Position numbers and translations under genes: made by a program
Shown here: in pieces, positions 50,830 through 64,000 of the stretch
How positions within the stretch are numbered: the first letter of the stretch is position 1
How the letters are laid out: each line of letters opens with the position of its first letter
Assembly: GCA_951406725.2 (NCBI GenBank)
Contig: OX597827.1
Span: 40,672,001 to 40,736,000, forward strand
Length of the DNA: 64,000 bases
Origin: Octopus vulgaris
Lineage: Eukaryota
Direction of reading: 5' to 3'
Notes under the pieces: model-generated
Databases searched by the model: none
Seen by the model: the letters and a program-made list of their open reading frames with translations, nothing else
What the model was told of the DNA's origin: nothing

Positions 50830-51003
50830 TTGGTGACAAGTCTCCTCAATTCTGAAGAATCTTTCTTAGGATTCTTGCCAAACATAGGACGGCATTTCTC
50901 AGCAGATTGAGAGTACGAGTTTCAATTACAATATCATTCAGTCTTTTAGGTAGCATTTTGGGTGTTTTGCCAGGCGCACCAATTACCACAAGAATAATTG
51001 CTA
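50830..51003 (-). mobile_element. R4/Dong LINE C-terminal remnant
   Basis: IILVVIGAPG...LLRNAVLCLARILRKIL* resembles the RLE-LINE terminus. Confidence 0.55.
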
Positions 51004-51639
51004 TACCATATATACGTGTGTAAAGGTGTGTGTTTGTGTATATGAACGAACACATACGTAATACAAATATACACATACATACATACATACATACATACAT
51101 ACATACATACATACATACATACATACATACATACATACATACATGCATGCATACATGCATACATACATACATACATACATACATACATACATACATACAT
51201 ACATACATACGAACTGTATATAACTTAAAGACAAGCATATTTTGAAACCCTCTAAACTGCAGTATTTGTCTCAAGAAAAAATGTGTAATAGAAGTTATGG
51301 TGCTTCGAAAGACACAGAAATGTATCAGTAACGGAAGAAAATCAAAATGTGCAGCAGTAGAGGTGGTATTTTCGTCTAGTGCTGTTGATATATTTCAGGC
51401 TAGCTTCCTTTATTTTTCTGTGTAGTAGAGAAAAACAAGATGTATTTACATCTGTCTAAAGTCTGACAGAGAAAAGTTACAAACGTTAGTTTATCTATCT
51501 TAAAAACTCAACACACATTCACTCAAATATATTTAAATAATATATTTTTATACATGCAAGCACACACACACATACATACATGGATCGATACATACACATA
51601 TGTATGTATATATGTATATAATATATTTACATGTATATA

Positions 51640-51826
51640 TTCTTTTATTCTTTTACTTGTTTCAGTCATTTGACTGCGGTCATGCTGGAGTACTGCCTTT
51701 AGTCGAACAAATCGACCTCAAGACTTATTTTTGTAAGCCTAGTACTTATTCTATCAGTCTCTTGCCGAATCACTAAGTTGTCAAGCGATGGTGGGGGGAC
51801 AAAAACACATACACACAAATACATAC

Positions 51827-51882
<56 letters not shown>

Positions 51883-52020
51883 GACGGGCTTCTTTCAGTT
51901 TCTGACTACCAAATCCACTCACATGGCTTTGATCGACACGATGCTATAGTAGAAGACACTTGCCCAAGATGCCACGCAATGGAACTGAGCCCGAAACCAT
52001 GTGGTTGGGAAGTAAGCTTC
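51640..52020 (-). mobile_element. SINE family B
   Basis: Reverse-complement homology with an internal deletion. Confidence 0.8.
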
Positions 52021-52042
52021 TCCTACGCATATATTCAAATAT

Positions 52043-52438
52043 ATCCAAATTGAGGGAGTGGAAGAAGAGGTAAAATTCCAGGCTACATATGTTTCCTAGT
52101 TATCAGGTCTTCTGATGTAATGATTTCTCAACGAGGAGTACTCAGTTAGCTATTCATCAAGCCGAAGATACCTTAATTATATGAAGATTACATTGTCATT
52201 TGGGAATCCCAAACTAACTCACCGAAGATGTGTTTTGAAATGATTTGAAACCACGTCTCCGATAAGTTAACTTGAGTTTCCCAAACGGCAATGTACCCTT
52301 CATATAATTAAGATATCATCGGCCTGATGGGTAGCTAGTGGAGCAACCTTAGTTGACTTATTATTACATCAGAGGATCTGCTAGCTAGGAATCATATGTA
52401 GCCTGGATTTTTACCTGTTCCACTCCCTAACTTTGGAT
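52043..52438. repeat. About 395-bp imperfect palindrome (fold-back element) with essentially no spacer
   Basis: Arms align end to centre (about 52241) at roughly 80% by eye, for example TCCAGGCTACATATG/CATATGTAGCCTGGA and CTTAATTATATGAAG/CTTCATATAATTAAG. Confidence 0.88.
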
Positions 52439-52784
52439 TATTATTCGCATTCATCGTAACTCCAGCTGCTGACCGTGAGCTACACATAAATTTTTTTCAG
52501 CTTATCGAACATTCACACAGGAGAAGTTTCCAATCTTCGACGATAATAAATTATTATTGTTCCAGAATGTTATTTTCTATACCTTCCACGGACTGCTTGA
52601 AGCTTACAAACTTCCTACATTTAGATCCTTAGATCTTACAATTACATATCGATACACGCACACACAGGCATGTATATATATATACACATATTCATACATA
52701 AGTATATATGTATGTATGCATCATGCATGTATGTATGCATTCATGCATGTATGTATGCATTCATGCATGCATGTATGTATATAT

Positions 52785-52992
52785 ACTCTTTTACTCTTTT
52801 ACTTGTTTCAGTCATTTGACTGCGGCCATGCTGGAGCACCGCCTTTAGTCGAGCAAATCGACCCCGGGACTTATTCTCTGTAAGCCCAGTACTTATTCTA
52901 TCGGTTTCTTTTGCCGAACCGCTAAGTGATGGGGACGTAAACACCAGCATCGGTTGTCAAGCAATGCTAGGGGGACAAACACAGACACACAA

Positions 52993-53024
<32 letters not shown>

Positions 53025-53207
53025 ACACATATATATATATACATATATACGACAGGCTTCTTTCAGTTTCCGTCTACCAAATCCACTCACAAGGCATTGG
53101 TCGGCCCGGGTCTATAGCAGAAGACACTTGCCCAAATTGCCACACAGTGGGACTGAACCCAGAACCATGTGGTTTGTTTGCAAGCTACTTACCACACAGC
53201 CACTCCT
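52785..53207 (-). mobile_element. SINE family B (subfamily B2)
   Basis: Full-length reverse-complement homology with B2 diagnostic variants. Confidence 0.9.
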
Positions 53208-53229
53208 GTATGCATTTATTCTGTATGTA

Positions 53230-53445
53230 GTTGAAATTTACAGAAAAACAAAGACGAAGACATGTGTATGAACAACAAGCAGGTGTATTAGTTTGACGCT
53301 TGGAATTTGTTCCTTATGCAGTGTGGGTCTCCGTTTACGTGACATACTTGTCTCTCCTATGTAGTTGTGTCCACAACCTGAACAAGTTATAACATAAATT
53401 AAATTCTCGGATGCACAACTTGTTACATTTTCCTGCACATTTTGT
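53230..53445 (-). mobile_element. Penelope-like element remnant (Neptune-like GIY-YIG fragment fused to 3' tail)
   Basis: SCASENLIYVITCSGCGHNYIGET...R...HKEQI. Tail homologous to 1657-1730 and 56293-56365. Confidence 0.75.
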
Positions 53446-53552
53446 TTGTACAGCCAGAATGTTTATACCATACAAAACACGTTTAATGAGCCTTATTGCA
53501 TGCACGTAACTTATACTTGTGTGCATCTACAATTGTGTAACATGATATTAGA

Positions 53553-53968
53553 GGAGCGGTTCCCAACCATTTTTTGCACCATGGACCGGCTTCGTGCAAG
53601 ACAATTTCTCTATGAACCATGGGATCTCATGCATAACAAAGCACAATAACGTGCATAATATATATATATAATTTTATTATTATGTATACGATATTCATAT
53701 ATTACATATATAATACGTATGTAATAGTTTCAAATTTTGGCGCAAGGCCATCAATATTGGGGGAGGGGAAAGTCGATTACATTGACCCCAGTACTAAGCA
53801 TTTCGCCTGACCTGCTAGCTCACCGCTTTACAATATATATATAATGCAAAAAAAAGTACACTTTATTGACTACAAAAGTCAATAAAACAGAAATAAAATT
53901 TTTCAAAATATAATTTTTTTCTGTGCGGGCCGGTACCAAATGTTTCATGGCCCAGTACTGGTTCGCGG
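53553..53968. mobile_element. hAT/Charlie-like MITE remnant with nested SINE fragment
   Basis: AGCGGTTCCCAACCATTTTTTGCACCATGGACCGG start and GGCCCAGTACTGGTTCGCGG near the end resemble Charlie-type termini. Confidence 0.5.
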
Positions 53969-54007
53969 TATAAGATAAGTGAGCGGTTAATAATAATAAT
54001 AATGATG

Positions 54008-54104
<97 letters not shown>

Positions 54105-54105
<1 letters not shown>

Positions 54106-54309
54106 GGGGCTGATTGCTACCTAGCTACTGATTGCTACCAGGAAACCCCAAAATGGCAGAATTTCACTACTAGGCACTGCACACATCCTACGCAGAACAC
54201 TTTCCATACAATAACCATCAGAGCATCACAACAAAATCACAGCACATACCCAAGGCACACAGAGCTGCGCTCGGTAGTGAAGTGAAAGCACTCTATAAAA
54301 AATATACTA

Positions 54310-54313
<4 letters not shown>
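54105..54313 (+). mobile_element. R4/Dong LINE 3' end in (TAA)n
   Basis: Homologous to 5075-5221, with long (TAA)n on both sides. Confidence 0.8.
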
Positions 54314-54408
<95 letters not shown>

Positions 54409-54914
54409 TTAGCAATTAAATAAATAATTGATGAATTATGGAGGGTGGGTATATAACGTAATAAACAGATACTTGGTCCTGTTGTTGCATATAGTTCTGC
54501 CTCCTTGTGCTTTCAAACGTCTTCACAATCATACGCTCTCCTTCGGAAAACACTCACCTAACCATTCATATCTACAAGCACATTCCTCCGCTCGTTATCC
54601 CCGACATATGTATTTGAAGGTGATGTGTATGTGTGTATGTGTTGGAACGGGAGAAGTTGCGTCAGTTTTATTTATTTATTTATTTATCTATTTATTTATT
54701 TATTCATTGACACTTCTCACTCGCAATAATATATAAAATATTTCCGCAGATTTGTTTTGATTTTCCTCAATAGATATCCAATGCAAAGAAATAGTGCTAC
54801 GCGTGTGTCACAATTAATACCAAAGACCCAATCTTCGACATCATCTTTTTGTTTGCTATATGTATAGAATTCTCTTCATCACATCTCCAACTTTCATACT
54901 GTCTTTTTCTCTCC

Positions 54915-54948
<34 letters not shown>

Positions 54949-54961
54949 CTCTCTCTCTCTG

Positions 54962-54997
<36 letters not shown>

Positions 54998-55041
54998 ATT
55001 ACATAAAAAATATATATGTAGTGGATCTATCTATCTATCTA

Positions 55042-55083
<42 letters not shown>

Positions 55084-55399
55084 CATACATACATACATAC
55101 ATACATACATACATACATACATACATACATACATACATACATGCATGCATGCATGCATACAGACACACATATAACTTCCTTTATAATTTCCCTGCCATAC
55201 TGACTTTCGACATGATGCTCTCTGCTTTTGTTTGGTGTTAATGTCATTTGTTATCATTTTACTTGACCTCTGACATTTGACATGTTTTATTAAGTAGCCA
55301 TATTATCGTCACACCTCTTCAATGTAATCTTTCGTATCAAATACAAACATGCAACGAAATAAAAAACATTTATTACACGTAACACGTGTAAACAATATA

Positions 55400-55451
<52 letters not shown>

Positions 55452-55453
<2 letters not shown>

Positions 55454-55700
55454 CCTCCTTCTCGGGCCATGTCAGGCTCATGAGGGCCGGTTTCCCGGTT
55501 TCAGTGGCGTAGAAATTCCCCACCTGGACGGGACGCCGGTCCGTTGCAGGATTACTCATTTTTGCCGGTTGAGTGGACTGGAGCAACGTGAAATGAAGTG
55601 TTTTGCTCAAGAGCACAACGCATCGCCCGGTCCAGTAATCGAAACCACAACCTTACGATCATGAATTCAACACCTTAACGACTAAGCCCACGCGCCTCCA
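55452..55700 (-). mobile_element. SINE family D, tail type 1
   Basis: Homologous to 15722-15978. Confidence 0.8.
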
Positions 55701-55759
55701 TATATATAGATAGCTATTTAATCTTCTCTGCATCATCTTTTGAAATCTGACATTTTTTC

Positions 55760-55886
55760 TACCCTGATGACGGAGGCTTGATTCAACCTGGTGTTTATTT
55801 GCTTCCTTATGGCCTCCATATTACAGTGAATTACATTTACCAACATTATGATGGATCTCCGATACTCCAGAAACAGATGTTGGACT
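55760..55886 (+). ncRNA. Hammerhead-like motif with long stem II (probable Penelope pLTR remnant)
   Basis: cc-CTGATGA-c-GGAG...CTCC-a-GAAA-CAgaTG-TT-gg. Stem I is weak. Confidence 0.4.
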
Positions 55887-56076
55887 TTATAACAATTTGC
55901 CTCTTCCCCATTAATTTTCTCTGTCGTTTTGTACTCTGTGTAAGTTTGATCTATTAATTCAAATATCTATATATTTATTCGTAAATATTCATCGTCTGAA
56001 AGACTTTAAACTTTGCCTCTCTTCTGTTGGCATGTATACATACATACATACATACATACATACATACATACATACA

Positions 56077-56110
<34 letters not shown>

Positions 56111-56232
56111 CATACATACATACATATATACATACATATGTGTGCATGTGTGTGGGGGCGTGCCTGTGTGTGTGTTGCATATCAGATCCAAGGTGCTATA
56201 TTTAATTCGTTTATCCGCATAATTGCCTACAT

Positions 56233-56279
<47 letters not shown>

Positions 56280-56292
56280 CGCATATATATAT

Positions 56293-56402
56293 TGTTGAAA
56301 TTTATAGGAAAACAGAAGACGAAGACAGGAGTATGAACAACAAGCCGGTGTATTAGTTTGGCACTCGAGAAAGTGAAAATGTCTTTTACGTTTCGGACCT
56401 AC
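56293..56402 (-). mobile_element. Penelope-like 3' tail with partial hammerhead (CGAAACGTAAAAG)
   Basis: Homologous to 1657-1770, abuts (TA)n. Confidence 0.55.
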
Positions 56403-56964
56403 TGAAGAGCTCACTGCCAACTCGTACAATGTTGCTCACTTCGCTTTTTAGCACTGCATTTATATATTTATTATTACTGCTGTTGTTTAGCAGGTGCTGC
56501 CTGGGTGATACCACACGGTATTCGAAGGCCGTCTGCACTAATCTCAGGCCTCTGTCACCTTAATTTCGTCTTAGGTACAGCCTGTCAACATCATTGTTTC
56601 CGGGGAAATTCCCAGTTGTCAGGATTTTGCGGGTTTTAAGATTCGAATTAACATCTCGTCAAGTGATTACGCGAATAAGTGCTTTAGCATCAAGCTAAAC
56701 TGCCCGAACGACAAATTGTTCTGCAAATTTAGGATATATACATATATATATATATACATATAGCTTTATAAGACGCTATCGTACGTTAAATTCAAGTTAC
56801 GTTGAAAGTCAACAAACAAAGTTTGCTTTAGAAGCGTTGAGATATATTGAAAGATACAGATAAGGAAATAATTTTATTCTCAAATGCAGGATAATGCACT
56901 ATTTCAACGTAATTTGAAATTAATATATATATATGTGTGTGTGTGTGTATTAAATATATATATG

Positions 56965-56974
56965 TATGTGCATG

Positions 56975-57005
<31 letters not shown>

Positions 57006-57085
57006 GCATGTACGTATATATATATATATATATATATGTGCATGTACGTATATATATATATATATATATATATATGTGCATGTAC

Positions 57086-57125
<40 letters not shown>

Positions 57126-57131
57126 ATGTAC

Positions 57132-57166
<35 letters not shown>

Positions 57167-57174
57167 CATGTACG

Positions 57175-57208
<34 letters not shown>

Positions 57209-57240
57209 CATGTACGTATATATATATATATATATATATA
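56965..57240. repeat. Compound minisatellite [GTGCATGTACG(TA)n], about 7 copies
   Basis: Directly visible. Confidence 0.85.
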
Positions 57241-57388
57241 GACATACATACATACATGCCTTTTTGTGTCTGTGTGTATATATGTCTGCTTATCTATATA
57301 TGTTTATGTGTTCGTGTGTTTGTTTCCTTGTTTGCGTGCCTGTGCATTATGTATGTTTATACATGTCCACATATATGAATGTATGCGT

Positions 57389-57473
<85 letters not shown>

Positions 57474-57909
57474 TGTATGTATGTATGTATGTATGTATGT
57501 ATGTATGAGCACATACCATGAGGTTGCTATTATTGTTGTCAGCAGTATGGTTTATGAAAGAGGGTGATAGGTGCCCACTGCCGCGTTACCCTTCGTAGTA
57601 TGGCCCGATTATACCCCAACCCCAGCCTGTCAGTGGTTTTTCACTCTGACCCTATCCCTCCTCCAAATTTCTGATGATAAATATTTATATTGTAGGCCAA
57701 GGTGCTCTTCTAGATAGACAGAGAGGAAAGTTTGTTAGGCGTTGGGTATTTCCTTGTTAAAGTAATAAAAGGACCAGATATGTGTGTATAGAAAGAGAAA
57801 GAGAGAGAAGGGGAGAAGGAGAGAGCGCGCGTGTGTTTGTGTGCGTGAAAGAGAGTGTGAAAGAGAGAAAGTGTATGGGGGGATGTATGTGTTTGCGTGT
57901 GCATTTTGC

Positions 57910-57972
<63 letters not shown>

Positions 57973-58190
57973 GTGTGGGGTGTGTGTGTGTGTGTGCATG
58001 TATTTATGTCTATAAAAATATACTGCCTGAAAAACTGTTTGTATATTTATTATATATGCTTATATACATACATATATATATGTGTGTGTATATATATGTA
58101 TATATATATATATGTGTGTGTGTGCGTGTGTATTTATGTGTGTACATATACATATATGTATATATGTATATTCATATATATATGTCTATA

Positions 58191-58267
<77 letters not shown>

Positions 58268-58509
58268 CAGAGAGAGGGGGAGAGAGAGAGAAAGAGAGAT
58301 TAAGGAAATCTCGGCCGCGGAAGAATAACGTTGAAAACAGTTTTAGAAAATCGGGTAAAATACCCCTACATACATACATACATACATACATACATACATG
58401 GTGGTAGTGGTGGGAGGTTTTTTAGCTTGAGTTTTATCCGGAGCCGAATTAAAACGCATTCAGACCCTACGCTCTTGAAAGATTTTGGTGCCCCATACAC
58501 ATGTATGGG

Positions 58510-58670
58510 TCGCAGGCATTGCTGTATGATAAAAAAGGCTTCCTTCCCAACCACATGGTAATGGTTTCAGTGCCACTGCGTCGCACCTTGAGAAAATGTC
58601 TTCTACTATAAACTCGTGGAGACCAAAGCCTTGTGAGTGGATTTGGTAAGAAGCCCGTCCTATATATGCA

Positions 58671-58755
<85 letters not shown>

Positions 58756-59135
58756 TTGTGTCTGTGTTTGGCATCTCCACCCCCACAGCTTCACAATCGG
58801 TGCTGGCGTGTTTACGTCGCCGTAATTTAGCGGTTCGGCAAAAGAGAATGATAGAATAAGTACCAAACTCTAGCGTAGCTTTAATGGTAGGGGCGATCCA
58901 CCCCGGGTAGCACTTTTAAAGGGGCACCACATTTGGGTCTGCTGTAGGCAATGTGTTTTGTGTAGGGTTTGGAGGCGGCAAACGGAAGGGCCGCCCCGAG
59001 TGGCACGCAATCTAGCTACGATTGTGGTACTAGGCTTTAAAAAAAAAGAAAGTACTGGAGTCGATACATACGAAAATAATTCTTCAATGCGGTGCCCCAG
59101 CATGACCGCAGTCTAGTGAGTGAAAACAGTAAATA
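58510..59135 (+). mobile_element. Diverged SINE family B containing a small MITE-like insertion (58864-59026)
   Basis: SINE B homology is broken at AAGTAC and resumes at GTACTAGGCTT. The insert has CGTAGCT/AGCTACG inverted ends. Confidence 0.65.
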
Positions 59136-59147
59136 ATATGAGATGTA

Positions 59148-59310
59148 CCATATTTTAACGTGTATAAGGAACGCCCTAATTTTGGGGGTTTAAAATTTGG
59201 AAAAAATGCTTTGTAAGAAATTATAATACTATCCATGTATAAGAAACTCCCATATTTTTTTAATCTACTTTTTGAAAAAAAAAGGGTTCCTTATATACGT
59301 TAAAATACGC
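59148..59310. mobile_element. Tc1/mariner-superfamily MITE
   Basis: TA|CCATATTTTAACGTGTATAAGGAAC ... GTTCCTTATATACGTTAAAATACGC|TA. Confidence 0.8.
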
Positions 59311-59377
59311 TAATTCAAAATATAAACTATAATAAACCATAAAATAAAATTTAATTTTTCGAAATGAAACAAAACAA

Positions 59378-59705
59378 AGCGCAGGAGTGGCTGTGTGGTA
59401 AGTAGCTTGCTAACCAACCACATGGTTCCGGGTTCAATCCCACTGCGTGGCATCTTGGGCAAGTGTCTTCTGCTATAGCCCCGGGCCGACCAATGCCTTG
59501 TGAGTGGATTTGGTAGACGGAAACTGAAAGAAGCCCGTCGTATATATGTATATATATATATGTATAAGTGTGTTTGTGTGTCTGTGTTTGTCCCCCTAGC
59601 ATTGCTTGACAATCGATGCTGGAGTGTTTACGTCCCCGTCACTTAGCGGTTCGGCAAAACAGACCGATAGAATAAGTACTGGGCTTACAAAGAGTAAAAG
59701 AGTAA
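59378..59705 (+). mobile_element. SINE family B (subfamily B2) with deleted tail
   Basis: Homologous up to GGCTTACAAAG, then joins AGTAAAAGAG directly. Confidence 0.85.
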
Positions 59706-59867
59706 AACTGACAGCATGATGGAAATTAATGCTTCTTTATTAATGCCACTTTATTTATATTTTTTTTAATTGTAGATTCTTTGGTCAGATTCTCACTATG
59801 ACATCATGGACACCTCAAAATTATAATTCCGAACTTATCGACCACTTCGAATATTACTTTAGCCAGT

Positions 59868-60122
59868 AGGAGTGGCTGTGTGGTAAGTAGCTTGCTTACC
59901 AACCACATGGTTCCGGGTTCAGTCCGACTGCGTGGCACCTTGGGCAAGTGTCTTCTGCTATAGCCTCGGGCCAACCAAAGCCTTGTGAGTGGATTTGGTA
60001 GATGGAAACTGAAAGAAGTCCGTCGTTATATATATATACATACATATATATGTGCGTGTGTGTATGTATAAGATTACGGACGCACATATATATATACGTG
60101 TATATAGATATGTGTATGTGTG

Positions 60123-60167
<45 letters not shown>

Positions 60168-60459
60168 ATATATATATATATGTATATATGTATGTGTGTG
60201 TGGTGTGTGGTGTGTGTGTGTGTGTGTGTGTGTGTTTGTTGTTTGTGTGTAGGTGTTTGTCCTCCCCCCCAACATAGCTTGACGACCGATGCTGGTGTGT
60301 TTACGTCCCCGTAACTTAGCGGTTCGGCAAAAGAGACCGATAGAATAAGTACTAGGCTTACAAAGAATAAGTCTTGGGGTCGATTTGCTCGACTAATAGG
60401 CGGTGTTCCAGCATGGCCACAGTGAAATGACTGAAAGAAGTAAAAGAGTAAAAGAGTAA
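59868..60459 (+). mobile_element. SINE family B with expanded internal microsatellite
   Basis: Full head-to-tail homology. Confidence 0.9.
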
Positions 60460-60643
60460 GCTTAAAGTGATTTATTTTGTGCCGTAAACCATTTACCATT
60501 TACGGCGTCCCCACTTGCCCTGGATGCCCTAAGCACGTATTTATTTTGCTTAATGTTTAATCCAGCACTGGGTTCGTCCTAATGCTGTGTACTTAGTGTC
60601 ATAGGTGTTACAGCTGAAACCTCCCCATCCACCGAGAACTAAA

Positions 60644-61016
60644 TCTCTCTATATATAAACGGCAGTTTGTCTGTGTGTGTTTCTGTGTGTCTGTTAGCTT
60701 GTACCCTCACCCTGACCACGGCTTTCAACCGATTCTGATGAAACTTAACACACACATAGCCCAATGTCATAATTCAAAACTAACGCAGAGAAAATTTTGA
60801 AAAGTTCCCCCAGTTCTGAAAAAAATCGATAAATTCGACATGGGGTCGAGAATCAGTAACACAAACCACACTGTCTAGGGGACGCAACTCGACCGTTTTA
60901 ACTCTCAAAAAAAAATTTACCATAATTTTTTTTCCATTTTTTTGGCTATAACTCTCTAAAAATGCTTTATAGTTATTTCCCTTACAAACCCGAGCAACGC
61001 CGGGCGATACTGCTAG
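60644..61016 (+). mobile_element. Non-autonomous Helitron
   Basis: A|TCTCTCTATATATAAA start, with the same 3' end as 46557-46955 (CCCGAGCAACGCCGGGCGATACTGCTAG|T). Confidence 0.88.
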
Positions 61017-61350
61017 TAAATGATATTGCTTCTCCTATTTTCAATCAGAGAGGAGCAAATGCACAGAGACTGATGGAAAAAGGTTTCCATGCACGGGACC
61101 TGTTCATGGAAGACCATCGCTAGACTAGAAGGAATATGTATAAGGGAGATCTCGACTGCTATCTCTAGCAGATCAAGCGATTGTGAAGAAATTCCTTTAT
61201 TGCCTATCTGTTGGAGAAGGAAGTGACTACCAGCATGATATTTCCTTCCAAATCAAAATCGAGTCTGATAAATCTGACTAAATCAGCTCTCGTCTAACAT
61301 TTATCTCCTTATGGTGCAGAATAAGGACCTGCGTGTGCGTGTGTGTGTGT

Positions 61351-61397
<47 letters not shown>

Positions 61398-61477
61398 CGT
61401 ATATATGTATGTATGTTTATATGTATGTCTATGTATGTATGTTTATAAATAAATATATAAATAAAAGGAAGGTAAAT

Positions 61478-61564
<87 letters not shown>

Positions 61565-61965
61565 ATAAGATTACGCACGCACATATATATATACGTGTAT
61601 ATAGATATGTGTATGTGTGCGTGTGTATATATATATATATGTATGTTTGTATGTATGTATGTATGTATGTATGTATGTATGTATGTATGTATGTATGTAT
61701 GTATGTATGTATGTATGTATATTTTTGTGTTCTGTTGTCGTATAATTGTATATATGTTAGATTAACATTCCTTATATATGTGTGTGTATATGTATGCATG
61801 CAAGTATGGGAGTGTTAATCTTGTTTTTTACGAATCACAAGGAATTATTTACAAAGATTTTAGAGAGAGATGGCTGCGTAGATAAGGTCATGTGATATTG
61901 CAATCACATGACATTTGTATGATTGCAACATTAAACCAACATCTTATCCATGCATACTCGCTAAG

Positions 61966-61980
61966 ATGGCAGCGGCGGCG
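61966..61980 (+). CDS. Possible first coding mini-exon MAAAA
   Basis: AAG-ATG-GCA-GCG-GCG-GCG|GTGAGT has a good start context and consensus donor. Very short, could be chance. Confidence 0.25.
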
Positions 61981-63429
61981 GTGAGTGCGACGCTGACGCT
62001 GACGGCATTGGTGGGGGTTTTCGGTGCCGATGATAATAGTGGTTTTGGTGGTGGTTACAGTAGAATACAGCGTCGGTTACGGACGTAATTGAAACCTTGA
62101 CTATGGGGAAAATAGTATGGCTGTTGGAGATGACTATCGTTACGGTGGAATTATTGGAGTTGTTTGTCTGCCGTTAATGGTATTGATGGTAGAGATGTGT
62201 GATGGTAGAAATGATACTGACAGCTGTTTCTGAAGATGTTGTTAGCAGTAATAATTATGGTACAGGGCTACTTATAAAGTATTTAGTGTTCATTATGTAT
62301 ATACATGTGTATATATGTTTGTGTGTACATGTGCGTACGTATTTAGTATCTGTACGTACGCTTGCTTCATTGTTTTCAAGAGGATGGAAACAGAGATCTT
62401 TAATATGCCTTAGTCTTATGAGCTGAAGCAAAATTTAGATTTTGTTTCAAGATCAACGATTGCAAAAATGCATTGAGCACTTTGATGTTTTATTTGCATA
62501 TCTTCCCCGAAGACGGGGAAGATATGCAATGATATGCATCTAGAAAATTCTGGAAGGATTTGTACAAAACTTTGGCATTGAAAGTTACACAATCATCAGA
62601 ATGGGGCAGCACTGCCTAGTGCCATAGATCCCAACGTCGCCATCAAAGATACAGGAACAGGTACTATAGCAGCTTCGATTTTAAGAACCCATGGCTCCTC
62701 AATATCCTTCCAAAATGCTCGAGATACCCTTCCTTGTTCTAAAACAGTGAGTTGCCATTTTCAAGAATTTGGCTGCTGTTTTTTTTTTATTTTTTATTCT
62801 TTCTTTTTGTTTTTTCTGTACCAGGTCAAACTATAACGTTTGAAGCTCCTCTGATTAGAAACCCCGCGGTTATCACTGTTTTGATGATAGCTGGACAAGC
62901 ACAAATTTCACCTTGTTTCTGTATGCATGAACGCCCCCTATCTATCCGACTTGAAGACGTTATCCTATCCTATCCTTCCCCCATCGCCTCCACTAAGCAA
63001 TGTATTACTCTCCGTTGTGTTCGTGTGTGTATTTGCGTGCGGGTATGTATGCAAGTCCGTTTCACAAAGCATGCGTGGTGCGTGTGTGTGTGTGTGTGTG
63101 CGCGCGCGCGCTCACTCACGTTTGTTTGTGAATGCGTATGCATAAATATGCATACATGTGTTCGCGTGAGTATGGGCGCATACGTGTGATTACACATGTT
63201 TGAACATCAATGTGAATGCGTAATTGCATCTGTTTGCACATGTGGGTGTATATATGTATACGTTTGTGTGTGGTTGCGTGCGTTTAGGTACCTTAATATG
63301 TCTGATTTCATGGTGTGTATCCACATGTGTCACCATTTTCCATGTGTGTGTATACACGCGTACGTGAGTGTGAGTGTTTGTATGTCTGTGGTTGTGTGTG
63401 TGTGCGTGTGTGTTTGTGTGTGTGAGTGT

Positions 63430-63463
<34 letters not shown>

Positions 63464-63485
63464 GTGTGTGTGTGTGTGAGTGCGT

Positions 63486-63523
<38 letters not shown>

Positions 63524-63859
63524 TGGGGTAATTGCTGTCAGTGACGTGTTGCTTGCCTTATCGTCTAAATAACATCCGTAAACACCCACTTCTTATGAAA
63601 GGAAATGTCTGTCTCACACACCCAGCCTCACCACACCCACACACACACATGCACACACAAACAGTTCGTCACACACATATACCATACACACACCAGCCAT
63701 ACACCACGGCACATTACCATACCGCACTCACCATCAAGCCTCACCCTACCCACACCGTCCCTTCTTGCCCGCCAGTCTGGCTATCTGTCTATATGTCCGT
63801 ACGTACATTATATGCTTGTGTGTATGAATTTATGTATGTATGGGGGTGAATATATATAA

Positions 63860-63930
<71 letters not shown>

Positions 63931-64000
63931 TGGGTGGGGGTATGTGAATGTGGGTGGGGGGTATGTGTGTGTGCGCTCGCATGCTTGTATTTATGTAAAT

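Overview
Eukaryotic, AT-rich, repeat-saturated DNA. The SINE families and the (TA)n/(CA)n/(TATG)n/(TAA)n density point to a coleoid cephalopod, probably Octopus (inference). There is no intact protein-coding gene, and almost all ORFs in the track are microsatellite translations or transposon fragments. The one secure gene is an initiator tRNA-Met (38963-39034, minus strand). One good candidate 75-bp coding exon (28038-28112) suggests the window is mostly intron. Mobile DNA includes four tRNA-derived SINE families, R4/Dong LINEs in (TAA)n tracts, Tx1-like and RTE fragments, Tc1/mariner, pogo, hAT and other MITEs, and two Helitrons. The most notable structure is a young Naiad-type Penelope-like element in (TA)n with apparently identical 491-bp inverted arms, each carrying a variant hammerhead ribozyme. 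Other points of interest: further hammerhead-like remnants, several fold-back palindromes, SINE dimers with a fixed junction, a SINE-derived minisatellite and an unexplained GC-rich structured island. All calls were made by eye. Repeat boundaries are approximate unless a TSD or TIR is quoted.
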